A program made the position numbers and the translations under genes. The notes under the pieces are model-generated. The model saw only the letters and a program-made list of their open reading frames with translations. It was not told the origin of the DNA and ran no database searches. This document shows, in pieces, positions 25,601 through 39,500 of a stretch of DNA of 64,000 bases. Numbering within the stretch: the first letter of the stretch is position 1; each line of letters begins with the position of its first letter. Origin of the DNA: Orbicella franksi. Lineage: Eukaryota. Location of the stretch: the NCBI GenBank assembly GCA_964199315.1, contig OZ116703.1, positions 20,522,001 to 20,586,000 on the forward strand, written 5' to 3'.

Positions 25601-28600
25601 AAAGTTCGAACTGTGCTGATGAAAAGAGCACGGAACTGTTTTCCTAATAAAGCGAAAAAGATTGGAAAAGATAAAGAGAACATAATTATATCATTAGTGT
25701 GTGGAGAATTGTTTCACTGATATTTATAATTTTCCTTGTGAATGTGCACATGACAAAACACATTCAATCAATGCTACAGTTTGACCAAAGCTGATTACAA
25801 GGAAACATCTCAAATGAAGTAAATCTCGAAAAGCATACTACCCTTACTCACCTTGAACGTTTTCAATGGTTTCTACATCAACCTGTCCTAGACCAACTTT
25901 CCTAAGCCCATCTCGAATTGTCCTAACCTAAAAAACGAAAATATATTTCATACTTCAAATATTTATGGTTAACCTTGAGGTGATTCCTCACATTTGCATT
26001 GCGCATCCTTACTGCGCATAATTTATGTTTGAACGGAGAATTACCTTAAAATAACTAGAATGCTGCATGAAACATATTTACCCACATTGCTATCCTTTAT
26101 AAGTTAACGATTATACTTTAAGTACCTGGTAACGGTAGGAAGAAACCACAGCAACTTGTTTCAGATCTTTTGGACCCCATTCAGCGCCAGGCCACGAATC
26201 GGTGAGCTCTTTGACTCGCTTCACCACTTCATTGACTTCAGCCAAGTTGCGATATGAGGAGTGGCTATGTTCAATCTCTTCCTTGCCAAGAGCAGAATAA
26301 AACACAAGTGGTCCAAGTAGAGGGTGTAAGGGTTGTTTGCTACCAGAAGAAAGCTTTCCACCGTAAAACATGTCGGACGAGAACTGAAGAACCTGCTCGT
26401 TTGAGCGGTAGTTCTCTGTTAATAAGATGAGATTTGGATCCAGCGTTTTCTCTTTTCGCCGCTCCTTGTAATCGTGAAAGAGCCTTTCTTGTAAGGAAAT
26501 TTGGTATCCCCACTTCACTGCTTGTGGGGAAAACACATCAGGACTCATCTAAGGGATAATGAAGAAGAAAATAAACGACACGAAGAACAAGATTTTCCGC
26601 GCTTTACAAAAATCTCACTTTCAGTGCAATATCTGTAAGGGCCTGCTAGATGCTCCATATAGATTCTTGGCTATACAGGCTATAATACCATTTCCTTAAA
26701 AGTGTTTTTTTCCAAATGATCGTGCGAGTTTAGGAAGACGTCTACGTGCATATTATAGTTGAAGTCTCAAATTTTTAAGGGTTGCTTGCAACGCTTAATA
26801 AAGTGCCGTGTTTTCTATCGTTATTACGTACGTAAGTTTTTTTTTATTCCTGTCATTCTTTAACATCACTACAATGCCAGAAACTGTAAGTAGGGGAATT
26901 GCATATAATAAGCTGGCCGCATACCGGCTTCCACCCCAGTGAACGTACCTGCATATGATCGCCGGTGAAAACTATTTTGGTGTTGTTCCCTGCGAGTGTG
27001 ATTGGTGTAAGTGTTTCAGTTTCCAGTGCCTGAGCCGCTTCATCGATTAAGATGTGCGAAAAAAATCCACGATGAAGTTCCATGTCAAAAAGTGCCCTGG
27101 ACATGCCCAAAGTCGATACAACGACTCGGTGACTTAACACCTCATGGCGAGTTGGAAGTCTGAAGGCTTCTGTTGGCTTCCCTTTGTCGGTGATGAGGCA
27201 ATATTGTTTGATTTTGTCAGAAACGGTTGACAGTTTACGCATAGGTGTGTAAATCCTCAAAGGTCTGCAGGCAGCTATTCCACGTTGCTCCTTCAGATAT
27301 TCATCCAGAAGTTCTACGTGCACATCTGCGGCACTGTTTGAGTGTGTGCAGATGAGCACCCGGTTGTTAAGGTTGACGGCGATACGTCGAACAGCTTGGT
27401 TCAATGTGAATGTTTTTCCCGTTCCAAAAGGACCAAATACCACGAGAGGGGGTGCATCAATTGACGGTGCTGCTATTTTCCTGATGATCTCTTTCTGGTC
27501 TTCATTCAAGCTTGGGTCAAGAATCCAAGGAAGATGATGAATCTAAAATAAAAGATGCCATTGAAACAAAGTTCGACACAAAAAGCTTCATTAAAAATCC
27601 GCAACACAGCATATACTTTCGTTTGATAACGATATGAACAATGCTATAACGACTAATGAGTGGCTCAATGTTTCCAATTCCATAATAAAAATGTTAATAC
27701 AATTAAAATTGAAGCTATTAAATTTGATATCAAAACGAAAATGTGTTGAGACCTATAGCCTAATATATTTAAAAAACGAACCTTCATGAGATTACAAGTC
27801 AAGATTTGATACATTGGAAGGGTAACATATGGAGCCATATCCCGTGTAATTTCTCAAAGCATCTCACTAAGAAGAAGTATTAATCATTTGCTTTAGTATT
27901 TACAGTAGTCAATGACTGCGTCCTTGACTCTAGTTGACTCTAGCAATTCTAGTTTCTACGCGGTAAGTCATCGACGGTCAGTATGCAATGTGGATATCTA
28001 CACTATGGCCAGGTGAACTCTCATTTTTTTCTATTTCTGGTTGGATTAAAGAAGAACCTAACTAAATACAGTATTTGTCGTTTGAAACGTAGATGAGTGA
28101 TGATTGTTACATTGCACTTCTTACCTTCTCCTCCAAACCAACACTACTAAACTCCGGAAACAATATTCGCACGTGCTCAGGACCAAGTCTGTCAATGTTG
28201 TCGTGCATCTCACATAGAGGAAGTCTGTTAATGTGAAACTGAACGTCCACTGTGACATCACTGTTATTCGACAGCGCCAGATCTTCACAGCACCGTGAAG
28301 ATAGCTTTAATATGACTCGACTGTCCTCGACCGAGTCTACTAATGCTTCATAAACCACAGAATCAGGGATTTGGGATTTGGCTATGAGAACCGAGCCCAT
28401 GCTTCCAAAAAGATTCCTCAGCAAGAGTCGTCCATTCGCGTCATCGGGTGTTATTGGCCGGGAGACATGAAAGGAGCCATAGAGCCATCCTTCCTGGGCA
28501 CACAAGACTTCGTCTGTCTTCACCAGCAATTTTGTAGCGTACATGTTTACACCCTGTACGTTAAAACTGTAAAGCAAAAGAAAGCAGTCAACATATGGGT

Positions 28601-31600
28601 GAGGAACAATCATCATTCATCTAATNNNNNNNNNNNNNNNNNNNNNNNNNNNNNNNNNNNNNNNNNNNNNNNNNNNNNNNNNNNNNNNNNNNNNNNNNNN
28701 NNNNNNNNNNNNNNNNNNNNNNNNNNNNNNNNNNNNNNNNNNNNNNNNNNNNNNNNNTTTAAATTTCAATAAGTGGGACATCCCTAAGATGGTGCCATTG
28801 CGCTTGTTTGTTTGTTTGCTTTTAGTTAGTTATCTTAATTTTTCATAATGTATTCGTATTTGAGCTTGGGCTTCGGTGGCGAGAAATGACTGCAATTTTA
28901 ACTACTTTTCCTAAATGCTAGTCTACTGGAGGTTACCCGGGGCTCCGGCTGAGAATTTGTGAGTTTTCCCTTTCACCAATTCACCAGCATCCATTAGTAT
29001 TCCTGGTACAAGCTGGGGATAGACATTGTAAGACTACGGCACCTTGCCTCGAACAAAAAAACTATGTTAATCACTGGCAAAATCTCGAGCCCAGATCTCT
29101 CGAGATCACTCCCGAATCCGATGTTCTTACAGCTTAGAACACCAAAGGGTTTTATGCCAGGACAGTCGAAAGCAGAATTTACATTCACTCACTGACTGTA
29201 CACAAGCTTGCCTTCTCTGAGGTTAGGCAAGAAACTGTTGCGAGACTGCATAGTCTTAGATGTGTCAAGTACGCCCTTAAAGGAGAAATAACCTGCTATA
29301 TTAATACATGCATGCATTTCTTTCCTTCTTGATTTTACCTGGCAAATTGCTGTCGAATGTAGAACTCCTCTACGAATAATAGTTGATGCATGACGTCTTT
29401 GTAGTTGTCCTTGCTCAAGCCTTTAGACCCATCAAGGAGGGTGGAAGGAACTATATCTTCCCGTTTGGGAAGCTTGTACTTGGCTACCAAATGTTCGTTG
29501 TTGAACACTGAAGGACGTTTGGGCTCAAACTTGATAATGTCTCGAGATCCGTCATCCCACAACGGCCAATCCAACGTTAAGTTTGCCTTCGCTTCGCCAA
29601 ACTCTTGTAGAAATTTTTGACTACCAACCTCTACAGTCATTTTCACAGCAAGATGTTTTGCCTTCCCGAAATCGAGCACCAAGACTTGAGCAAAGTATCC
29701 AAACACAAGAGTCGAAAATGAAACTACGATCTCCACTTCACAACTGCCGCGCGACTCTTGAAGATTAGGTTTTACTGGGTAATGAAACATGTCAACAGAA
29801 AGCTCTTCAGAGTCTGATGCTTTCACGGTTGTTGGCGCAGCACTGGCGTCTGTCACTGCACGGTTAAATTTGACACTTGAAAGGGTGTAGCATCTGTGGT
29901 GCTGCGGTAAGAGCACTACATCTTGCAGTTTGCCAGTGGCACTTGGCTATAGCAGAATATAGAAATCGTATTCAGAGAACTACTTATTGCTGTGTTTAAA
30001 GTTCATTACAGTTAAAGGTTAAAGTGCAATGAAAAGCCCAAGTTGTTGCTTTCCAGCTAAGTTCTAAAATTGTCTAACGCCACGATGATGTTGATTTTTC
30101 GACTTTTCTAACATTGGAGTACGAAATATACGGGATTGATTTTAGGTTCCCTGCTAGCAGAGGCTGTTTTCCTGGTGTTCGCTGACGGGAGAAAGAGACC
30201 TCTGCCATGGGTAGAAAATGGCTATATTGAGCATGCTCCGCGGCTTAGCGACCGAGCCATCACGTGGTGTTCGTAGCACGTGACGAAAATAAAACCTTTC
30301 ACTCAAATATCAAACATCAAACATCGACAAACCGAGATTAGGCTTACCAGCTCACTACACAATGTGATTCGTCCACAACAATTCCAATCAACCGATCGTC
30401 CATCCTCAAAAGGAACTGCTTGGATCGGATGTTTTCCAAGGTTTCCCCTTCCCATTCGTGCAACAAGTACAGCAATCTGGTAGCCCGGTCTGGTAGCTCG
30501 GTCGGCAAGCACGCAAACGTGTCTCGTGAGTTAAAATAATGAAACAGGGCCTTGAACTGCTCGTCACTCAATTTTTTTTTCTTTCCATCGTCGAGGTTAT
30601 CCAAAACGGAAGAAAGCAAACTTAGTAACTCTTAACGATTGAACTCTTTCGAGCACGCCGATGAGCACTCCATGTTTACAGTGTGGGCTCAATAAACGAC
30701 AGCGGAATTAATGTAAAGAAATGCGCGAGACGCAACGGGCTCAAGTTGCGGTCAGCAAACAAGGCAAGGAGCATACGTTTTAATAGAGCTGTCCTAGACT
30801 GTGGACGGCGGTTAAATCAAAGCCATTTTCCATCCATAGCAGAGGTCTCTTTTCTCCCGTCAGCGAACACCAGGAAAAGAGCCTCGGCCAGCAGGGAAGA
30901 TTTTAGGCCAAGGGAAACAGAAATCAGTGTGAAATAGCGGGAAGTCACCGAGTTCAAAATAGCTGTAAAATAATTAAAATATATGATCCACGTCTGCAAC
31001 AAAGCATGAAATTCTAAGAAAGTGCAAAACTTGTTAAATTCTTGACCCGGTTTTCAGTCTTACCTCATAGCAGATTTGCAGGGACCAGCTATATCTGTTT
31101 TCTCCTTCGCTGTTCAGAGGCACCTGCAATGAGACATCAAGATCCCCGGGCTCACAATTAACAGTCACTCCTGGAAGCCTGGACACTAGGTCCTCGACCT
31201 GATGAAAAACGAGAGCAAAATATTCACGTCTCATTTGGCACAGAGTATGTGCTCATAAAATAAGTTTAATCGTACTGGAAATATATATCAAGCTTGTTTT
31301 TTTGCATTTTTTTTGAAGGCTAGTGTTGAATGTTAATAAGCTACAACTAGCTAGTTCTCAGGCATGCACTTAAACTGAAAAAAAAAAAAAACCATTTCCA
31401 ATATCAACTTAATTATGGCACTTATTTAAAACGTAACGCTGGCTAAATAGAGCGAAGCATCTTTCTTGGAGTTCTTTTGTAGCACATGCTGAATTTATAC
31501 GAGTGTACGGAGCAGCGGTTACCTCGTACAAACAAATGTACCAACCCATGCATAAAGACTGCTAATCGTGATAGCCATTACCTTGTACGTAGGAGTCGGT

Positions 31601-34600
31601 CGCTCACCCTCCACAGGTGAACTGACTTTACTTTCCTCTGCGGAGTCGACATCTTTCATCTCCACCTTCATTGTTTCCAGTTCAGAGTCTTTAGCAATTT
31701 CTTGCTCCATTTTTTCCAAGTGATTATTCCATGCTGTGAGTTCTGTCTCCCCATGTGCAAATGTACATACTCTGCCGAGTTTGCAACTTCCCTTTGTCCA
31801 TCTTGGTTTAGGGGAAAAAAAAAAGAAAGAACAAAAGTGGATTGTGGACAATCTAAATATAAGGCAGTAAACCCAGTAATATCAAGCGAAACACAAGGCC
31901 AGTTTAGTCGAGTTGTACCAAGGGATGTCGTGAAAATCTAGGCTCTACACAATGCTAGAATGCTGTATTTAGAGTACTTAGACGTTTAAAGTGTGCGAAG
32001 GTCAGGAACTGGTGAAGAAGGATCTGAGCCACGCAGATCCTACGGAGTTCGAGTCAGCGCCTTGTCCATTGGTCACGCCAACTCCCTTAGAATTTCACTC
32101 AAAACGCTCAAATTACATTACCGACAAGGCGAATTATTGAAATTACATGCTTCTCACTATTAATTATGAAGTTAAGAGAGTTGGCTTACTCAGGACATAT
32201 TCTGTACTTTTCGCCTTTGTTTGGAATCCGTAAGGGTGCTCGGCAGCCAGTTGGTCCCCTAAATGCGTGGCGCCATTCTTTCAGTGTAATTAAAAAGGCT
32301 CCTTTCGCTTTTTGTTTCTTGGAATTGCCTTTTTGGGCGGCTGGTTTAAAAGAACCTAAAATATGAATAACATTTAAAACAAATGAAATTTAAAGACACA
32401 ATGTTTACATATATATGTATATCTCACAAGTTGCTTAAGTCATTTTTCGAACGAAGAAGCTACCAATAACAAGTTTACAACTTACAAAATAACGAAGGAA
32501 TTTTAATACACCGCAGGACAGCTATGATGAACACCTCGCAGTTTCATGTAAAGTAAGAGGTCTGTTTAATGGGAGGGATTCATTGCTCGGCGCATGAGCA
32601 AGCTAGCTACAACGTTAATCATTTAATCTCATTGTTTATAAAACAATCGGAAGCGTGTAAATGACTCTTGCGGGAAGTTTGCCTTTGAAAATCTCTCGGT
32701 CAGTCGTGAAAACGTAACGATAGAGCTAGAGACGAAATTTCTAATTAGAATCCCTTTAGTATGTTCCAACTCCATGCGTAAAGTAGATTTTCGTTTCCGT
32801 ATCAACAACATGTGTTCAGTAATTGTCGACAATAATATTGTGAAACCAGAATGATCGCCTTATTCTGGACCGGCCTCTCGAGTTATCTACCTGTATCTCA
32901 TTGGTTCATAAACAATGGAATTGGGTGCGTGGAGCACATCACTGCTTGCACATATGCCTAACCTTCATGTGCCCCGAAACGTGATACTTATGGTTCCTAC
33001 ATGTATTTTGACGAGAAGCAGAGAGCCAAAATACTCACCAAAATAAGCTAAGCCTGATTTGCTGCCAAAGCGTAAGAAGAAGTAACGATTAGGTGTTCAC
33101 CGTATCCAAATCCGGCCAAGAATCTGACGATGTTGGGTCAGTGACTTTATATCACAGGAAATCAGGCTAGTAGACCGGGCTAAGTTCAAATCTTGGTACG
33201 GTAATGAACTTTCTAACAGATCATCAGGTATGACTTTTGTTACGTTGTCAAAAAGTGTCAAATGCTTTCGGAGTATTAAGAAGTGAATTTATTTAACTTG
33301 AGGCCAGCATTGCCATTTTCAGATTCATGTACAACCATTAAAATACATAGTTCACAACGCCGTTGCTTTGGGAACTACAGTGCATCTTAGTTGCAGGGTA
33401 TAGGTACCTTTTTCCCGGTCTTCTTCCCACGCGATCCTCTCCACCTCGCTGTGGGGAAAACTGCATCGGTCACCTGTAGGACAACTTTTTCGAACGCTGT
33501 AATGAGGACAGAGGCGAAAGGCACCATACACATTCTTTGGCCGAGGTCGAATTCCATTACCTTGTTTATCCGACTTTGCAGCTGCCTTTGAGACACTAGG
33601 ATCCACAGTCACTTCGGAAACGTTGTCAAGCTAAGATAAAACAAAAGATAAACGTTGAAAGTTTACTTAATGGCTCTTTCACACTACGAATCGATTAATT
33701 AAATTAACTTAAATTCTACAATATATCGGTGTTCAGATGGTTACCGCTTTTATAAGTACAGAGGGACCAACCATCGGGCAACCAAGAAAAGGTCATAATA
33801 ACGGAATGGTCACGTTAAAGAAGTAATTGACTGAGGACAGGTTTTCTTTGCCCCAATAAAAAACCATACTGTTGTAATTACAACGTGGTTGCATGCCATA
33901 ATAGTTAACCTTGTTTGAGGAACTCTTAGGTTGCCCGTCCGTTGTCTTCACCTCTTTCTCCTCTTCTGTTTTTATTTTCCTTTCTTTTTCCATCTTCTTT
34001 AAGTGTTCATTCCACGCTTCGAGTTCTTTCTCCCCGTGCGCAAAGGTACATGTTCTACGAAGCTTGCAAGTTCCATTTGCCCACCTACAGTGAGGAAAAA
34101 TCAAGAAAATTTTAATGTCTAAATTCTAACAGTGGCGATAAAGTGCGGTTAAAGAATTGTGGAAGAGTGTTGGCGATTCAACAGTTATCCTGACATAACC
34201 ATGTTGGGGATGTTCCAGAAAATGGCGCAATTTCCGACTATGTCTTCCCCATTTCTTCGGTTTGACTATGGGGAGATGATATCACCTCAAGATAGTTGCA
34301 ATATTAAAATTTAATAACAAAAAATACTTACTTAGGACACATTTTGTACTTTCCTCCTTTCTTAGGAATGTGCCAGGGTGCTCGGCATTGCCCCCTAAAT
34401 GCTTCTCTCCATTCTTTCAGTGAAATGGAATAGCCTTCTCTTGTTTTATCCTGTTCTGCCTTCTCTTTCTTAGCAATCAGTTTCCTACTGTTTTCTGAAA
34501 TACAATAAATAGTGTATAATATTGAAAACGACTAGCAACGTCCAGATTTTGGCCTCCAGGTAATAAGCGAAGTAATGAACATGCGAGAGCTGCATTTTAA

Positions 34601-36282
34601 AGGCATAGAACAAGAGAAATTATCTTTCCCGTTGTTATCGATTTCTTATTGTCCTTCCCCCCACCCCCGTCCCCCTCCACCGCCGTCATCATTTCTTTGT
34701 CTCGTACGACGTGCATTCTTGATTTTAAGTAATGGCGTTTTAAGTGCATGTTAGAATTTATCTCGATGATTTTAAAGGCAGAAATGGTATAATACTCTCT
34801 GAATTTTCCCTGGCTTCCTGACTGGACAGAATATGAACTGCTCAAATGAAAAGAATCCAATTTATGCTTTTAACATTGACAAATATTCCTCGATATATTT
34901 ACTGAAAACGATTTTACTTTTCCAGCGATCATTACTAACAGTACTCAACGTTAACGAACGCCGTGACTTCTCAATAAAATCCATCTACATTAATTTTGAA
35001 CATTCAGATAGTAAATTCACTAAGTTATTATCCGTTTCCTTGAGAGCAACGCCTTAATAATTCCATGACCGGCCTGTGGCAGCCTTAAGTAATATACCTT
35101 TTTTCCTGTCTTCTTCCCAAGCTACTCTCTCTGCTTCATTGTGCGCATAGACGCATAGTTTCCCTTGCCAACAAAGCTCCGGACGATCGTGGTACCTACA
35201 GAGACGGTAGGGGCCTTGAACATCAGTAGGTCTACGACGGATTCCCAAGCTTTGTTTATTGGACGACTTCTCGGCTGCTTTCTTCGTTTGACGAGATGAC
35301 GATTTAGGTTGATCACTGACAATACCCTGATCGCTGTCTTCAAACGTCGGCATCCTGGGGCGGTAGTTCGTTCTGTAATCCAAATCGCCCGGGCAAGTAC
35401 TAATGCTGCAAACACTGCTCGCGTCAGAGTCGTCATTTAACCCTTAATAAAATAACACAAATTTAAAACTGAGGACGTTACACTAGATGAGAATGCTGAC
35501 CGTAAATTTGCTTCCTTTGAAAATGTTGTGTGCACCGCGTAGACTGTAACATTCTGCTGTAATCAAGGACGGCTGACTTGAAATGCATCTCGGATATCTC
35601 TTTAGATCCGGCCTGTTTTTCCAAATCGCCTTGAATGCTCAAGGTGTACATCAGGCATTACGTGCGGCATGAATACTTCTTCAACGCTCCTCACATATGT
35701 AGAAGTTCACAACTTAATCAGAAGCCAACAACAAGTAAACACCGTCAAGAAAACAACTAATCCAACTTATCCGGATAAACTCTGCGATAATGAACTTTTG
35801 GTACAAGCAAACATTCAGTCTTGAGGCCAAAACGTCTTCAGTAAAAGCGGTGAAAGAATTCATCGTGGGTCAACAGCAAGAAAACACCGAGTCAGACCCG
35901 TGAAGAAAACAAAGTAAGACTTACGATATAAGCGTTTTCTTCAAGTCTCTGGGAGAAGTCGGAGAAACCAGAGAAATTTTGCTTGAAAACATACCTTGTG
36001 TACATTACGATAAATTGTTTTGCGGTTTCTACATCAGCGTTCTTTGAAGAGACAAAAATGATGTCCAAACACAAGTTCATTACCGTGCAGTTTATCCAGA
36101 TAAGCTGAATAGCTTAAAACTCGCTTGTTCAATTCCTGTTAGCGTACTTTCGCGGCGCTGACCTCGAACCAAATATTTTCCTGTCCGGCTCTCCAACTCA
36201 GTCACTAATTAACAATTAGACCCGTAGCCCTTGCGGGCTACGGGTCAATAGCCCATTCGGCTTCGCCTCATGGGCTATTGAC

Positions 36283-36316
<34 letters not shown>

Positions 36317-36473
36317 TAGTATCACCGAACTAGTCGGACAGAAAAGGTAATAATAAAGTTAGCAAATGCAAGTTGAAGAAATATTTATTTGGGAATAAAA
36401 CGAAAGAAAGCGTCACGCTCGATGGCGCCAATTTCGCTACTCGATGACTATTACTAATAGTCATCGAGTAACC

Positions 36474-36510
<37 letters not shown>

Positions 36511-39500
36511 GTTGGGTGATACTAATTATAAGTACTGATAGTATGAAAGAGTTAAACAATACGCAGTCACGGTTGAAAATCGCCGCGGTTGAGCTATCAA
36601 TGAGTGAGAAACCGCCCTATTATGTTAGAATTTTATAGTTTAAATTACAGATCTCGGCCGTTTTACATAAAAACGAACCACTCGGGTCACGCCGGTAGGG
36701 TTGAGCTGACTAGAGCACCTGAAAGCGTTCGCAGGCTTTCCTTTTCACAATAACCAGATATTTCGAACTACTACAGTAGGCTTTAATAACTGTGTACCTT
36801 GCCTTGCAGCCCTTAAAGTTCTGGTTTTCCGTCTCATCTTTCGTTTTCTTGATCGCTCTGGGAAAGAAGGACCTACAAATAAATTAAAACCATGTTAAAA
36901 TTTCCCTTTAATATTCAAAAAGTCCATTTGGATTCTATACCACCCCTCTGCTAAGTGTGGTACAAAGGTTCTGTAATTTCTGTCATTCAAACACTAATAC
37001 TCGAGCTTAGGCGTTCACACAAAAAGAATTCCAACATACGCTCGCCAGGTAAAGCTGCAGGTGTAGCCATGGATGGCGTTGTGTCTTCTGTTGCAACTGC
37101 TCCTAAAACCAGTAAATATTTTTCGTTATTGTTAATCATAAATTGCCGGAAGCCATAAACGATTCAATTCCTTTGGCAAATGGAGCCTTCTTACTCGCCT
37201 ATCCTGGAGCAGTATCTATCTGAGGTAAAGTTTGTGATCGTTGTCTGTGCTCTGGCTACATGCGTCTCAGTTGTGAAAAAAAAAAAGTGTAATTGGGTAC
37301 CAGGATTATATAAACTTTCAATCTGAATTAAAAGGTAGGATAAGTTTGAGATGGAGACGATTATCGGTGAACTGGTTGACTTGTTAAGTTTTTACGTTGA
37401 TCTCATTTGTGTAACTACAATTTTGAAAATGTTGAAGCGTGCAGTCATCGATCGAGGTCTGGAATCGCATTTTCAGGGAATGTTCGATATATAGTACGAC
37501 CCACCAGATGGACAGAAAGTATATAACCGTTTGGTAACAGGCCTCGGCTAGCTAACCAGTATTCTTTTAGCTGTTTAGTAAGCATTTAAACAGACTATTA
37601 CCCTTGGTCTTTTCACATGCTCCATGTTGCTCTTCTCTCGTCGGGGCTTGAGCTTTAACCTGTATTTAAAATAAGTGGTAAGTTGCTAGAAGACAATCAG
37701 AAGTGTATGTAATTACATTTTTCAGGTCGTATATGCTATGCAATACATGTAGCTGCATGGAAGAATAAATGTCATCGTTTGTTCCTCTAATTACCCGGGA
37801 ACATAAGGAATCTTCAGTTTGTCGTCTGCCGTTTGCTGTATTTACGTGAAAGTGAAAAGATTCGAGTTGTGTAGTCAGGATTGTGAAGATGCTTGTTTTT
37901 GTCTTTATGAAAGATTATCCACAATAAGGCGACGCATAAGGCGACGTGCTTAAATTATCATCACTGGGTTAAAAGCCCCCCTCCGGGGGTGGGGGGGGGG
38001 GTTAATCCCCAAAGTCTTGGCTGGGGTGTGCTGCCCAATACTTGTACACAAAACGGTCACCCTATTTCAGACCAAAATCTGTAATTTTCCATACCCTATC
38101 TAGGACCGGAGGCAAAAATAAATACGCACCCCATTTCAGACTTTTTTCAGACTAGTACACAGCTCTAATATATGACCACAGCTAACCAAAAATGGCTTTC
38201 ATTTACTGGCATGAACATTTTAGGAGGACTTTAAATTTGCCAATGTCGATGGTTAAAAAAATTAGTTCCTTGTGAACAAAATACCCAATGCCAAGCCAGA
38301 GTTAAAAACATACCCTCTGTCAGACCAAAATATTCAAAATCTATACCCTTTCCCAGACCAAAACAGCATAAAAACTATATCCTTTTCAGAGCTACACATA
38401 CCTATATATAGCCCACATAAAAAGAACCTCCCGCATCCGGGGGTTTAAACGTTTGTTGACAACCATACAAGAATGTTATTGTTCCTTGAATAGTGTGATT
38501 TATTTACAATAAAAATTTTTTCAATGGGAAGTCGGTAGCAAGGCACCCAAAATAACTATAATAGGTAGGGCTAGTTGTGTGCTCAAGAAGTAATACAATT
38601 ATTAAATTTTGTAATGGTCGAGCAATTTATACCAATTTCTTAGAACGTTATTTTAATTCATCCACAGCAAGTTATCAAACACATACCTTCTTACTTTTAC
38701 TTTCTTCCTGCTTTCGCCTTTCTCCCAATTCACGAGCTATCTCTTGGCGTTCCTGAAAGCAATACATAACACCTTTTATTATATATGACAACGTTGTGAT
38801 AGTTGGAGAGGACAGGTACCTTAAATTCTCTTCAAAAAATTTTACTGCTAATCCACTCCGGCTTTCAATACCACAGAAAAAAGAGATGGAAAAGAGCACT
38901 AGCAGCCTCTATATTGTCGTTATTATTTCTTTTGTCCGGTAGAACGCTGGTATTTGGATGGCACCGGGACATCGGGTTTTGCAGTTTCGTCGCTTAGGTC
39001 CATGTTTTTTCCAGTTCTTTGGGCCGGCGACTCACTGCAAATGTATTTTGCAAGGCCGAAGCAATCCAAAACGAAGTCGTAAGGCACAAAGCAACCGAGA
39101 GGAAACAAAGCACTTTAAAACTCGGGAACAAAGCAGTCAAAACACTGAGACAAATTACCCAAAACTGTCTGAAATTTGGACTAAAACGTGACGCAATTCA
39201 AGCTACCAAAGATTCGCATGCGACCACACTCGAAGTACGATTATTATCATGATTATCCGTTTTCAAATGTTGGATGCTTTTTGTAAAGACTTAGATCTCC
39301 GTTTGTCAGTGTTCTTTTTTCTTTTTTTTTTGACTGACTACATAAGCGGAATGCCAAATTCTGTTTCCTTCTTTGCTTTGACTTGATTGCACGTCATCCT
39401 CTTACTAAAGGCCGTATAGTGATATAACCAGATAAATATTTACCTTTTCCCTCTGCCGCTCTTCTCGTTGTAGTTCTTTTTTATTCTTTGGCTTTAAAAT

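Noticed and set aside
28371-28772. 133-aa plus-strand ORF
   Set aside because: Antisense to exon 20 and extended artificially through the N gap.
39240-39410. Purine-rich open stretch as an additional HELZ2-like exon
   Set aside because: No usable splice sites; exons 7 and 8 already join in phase.
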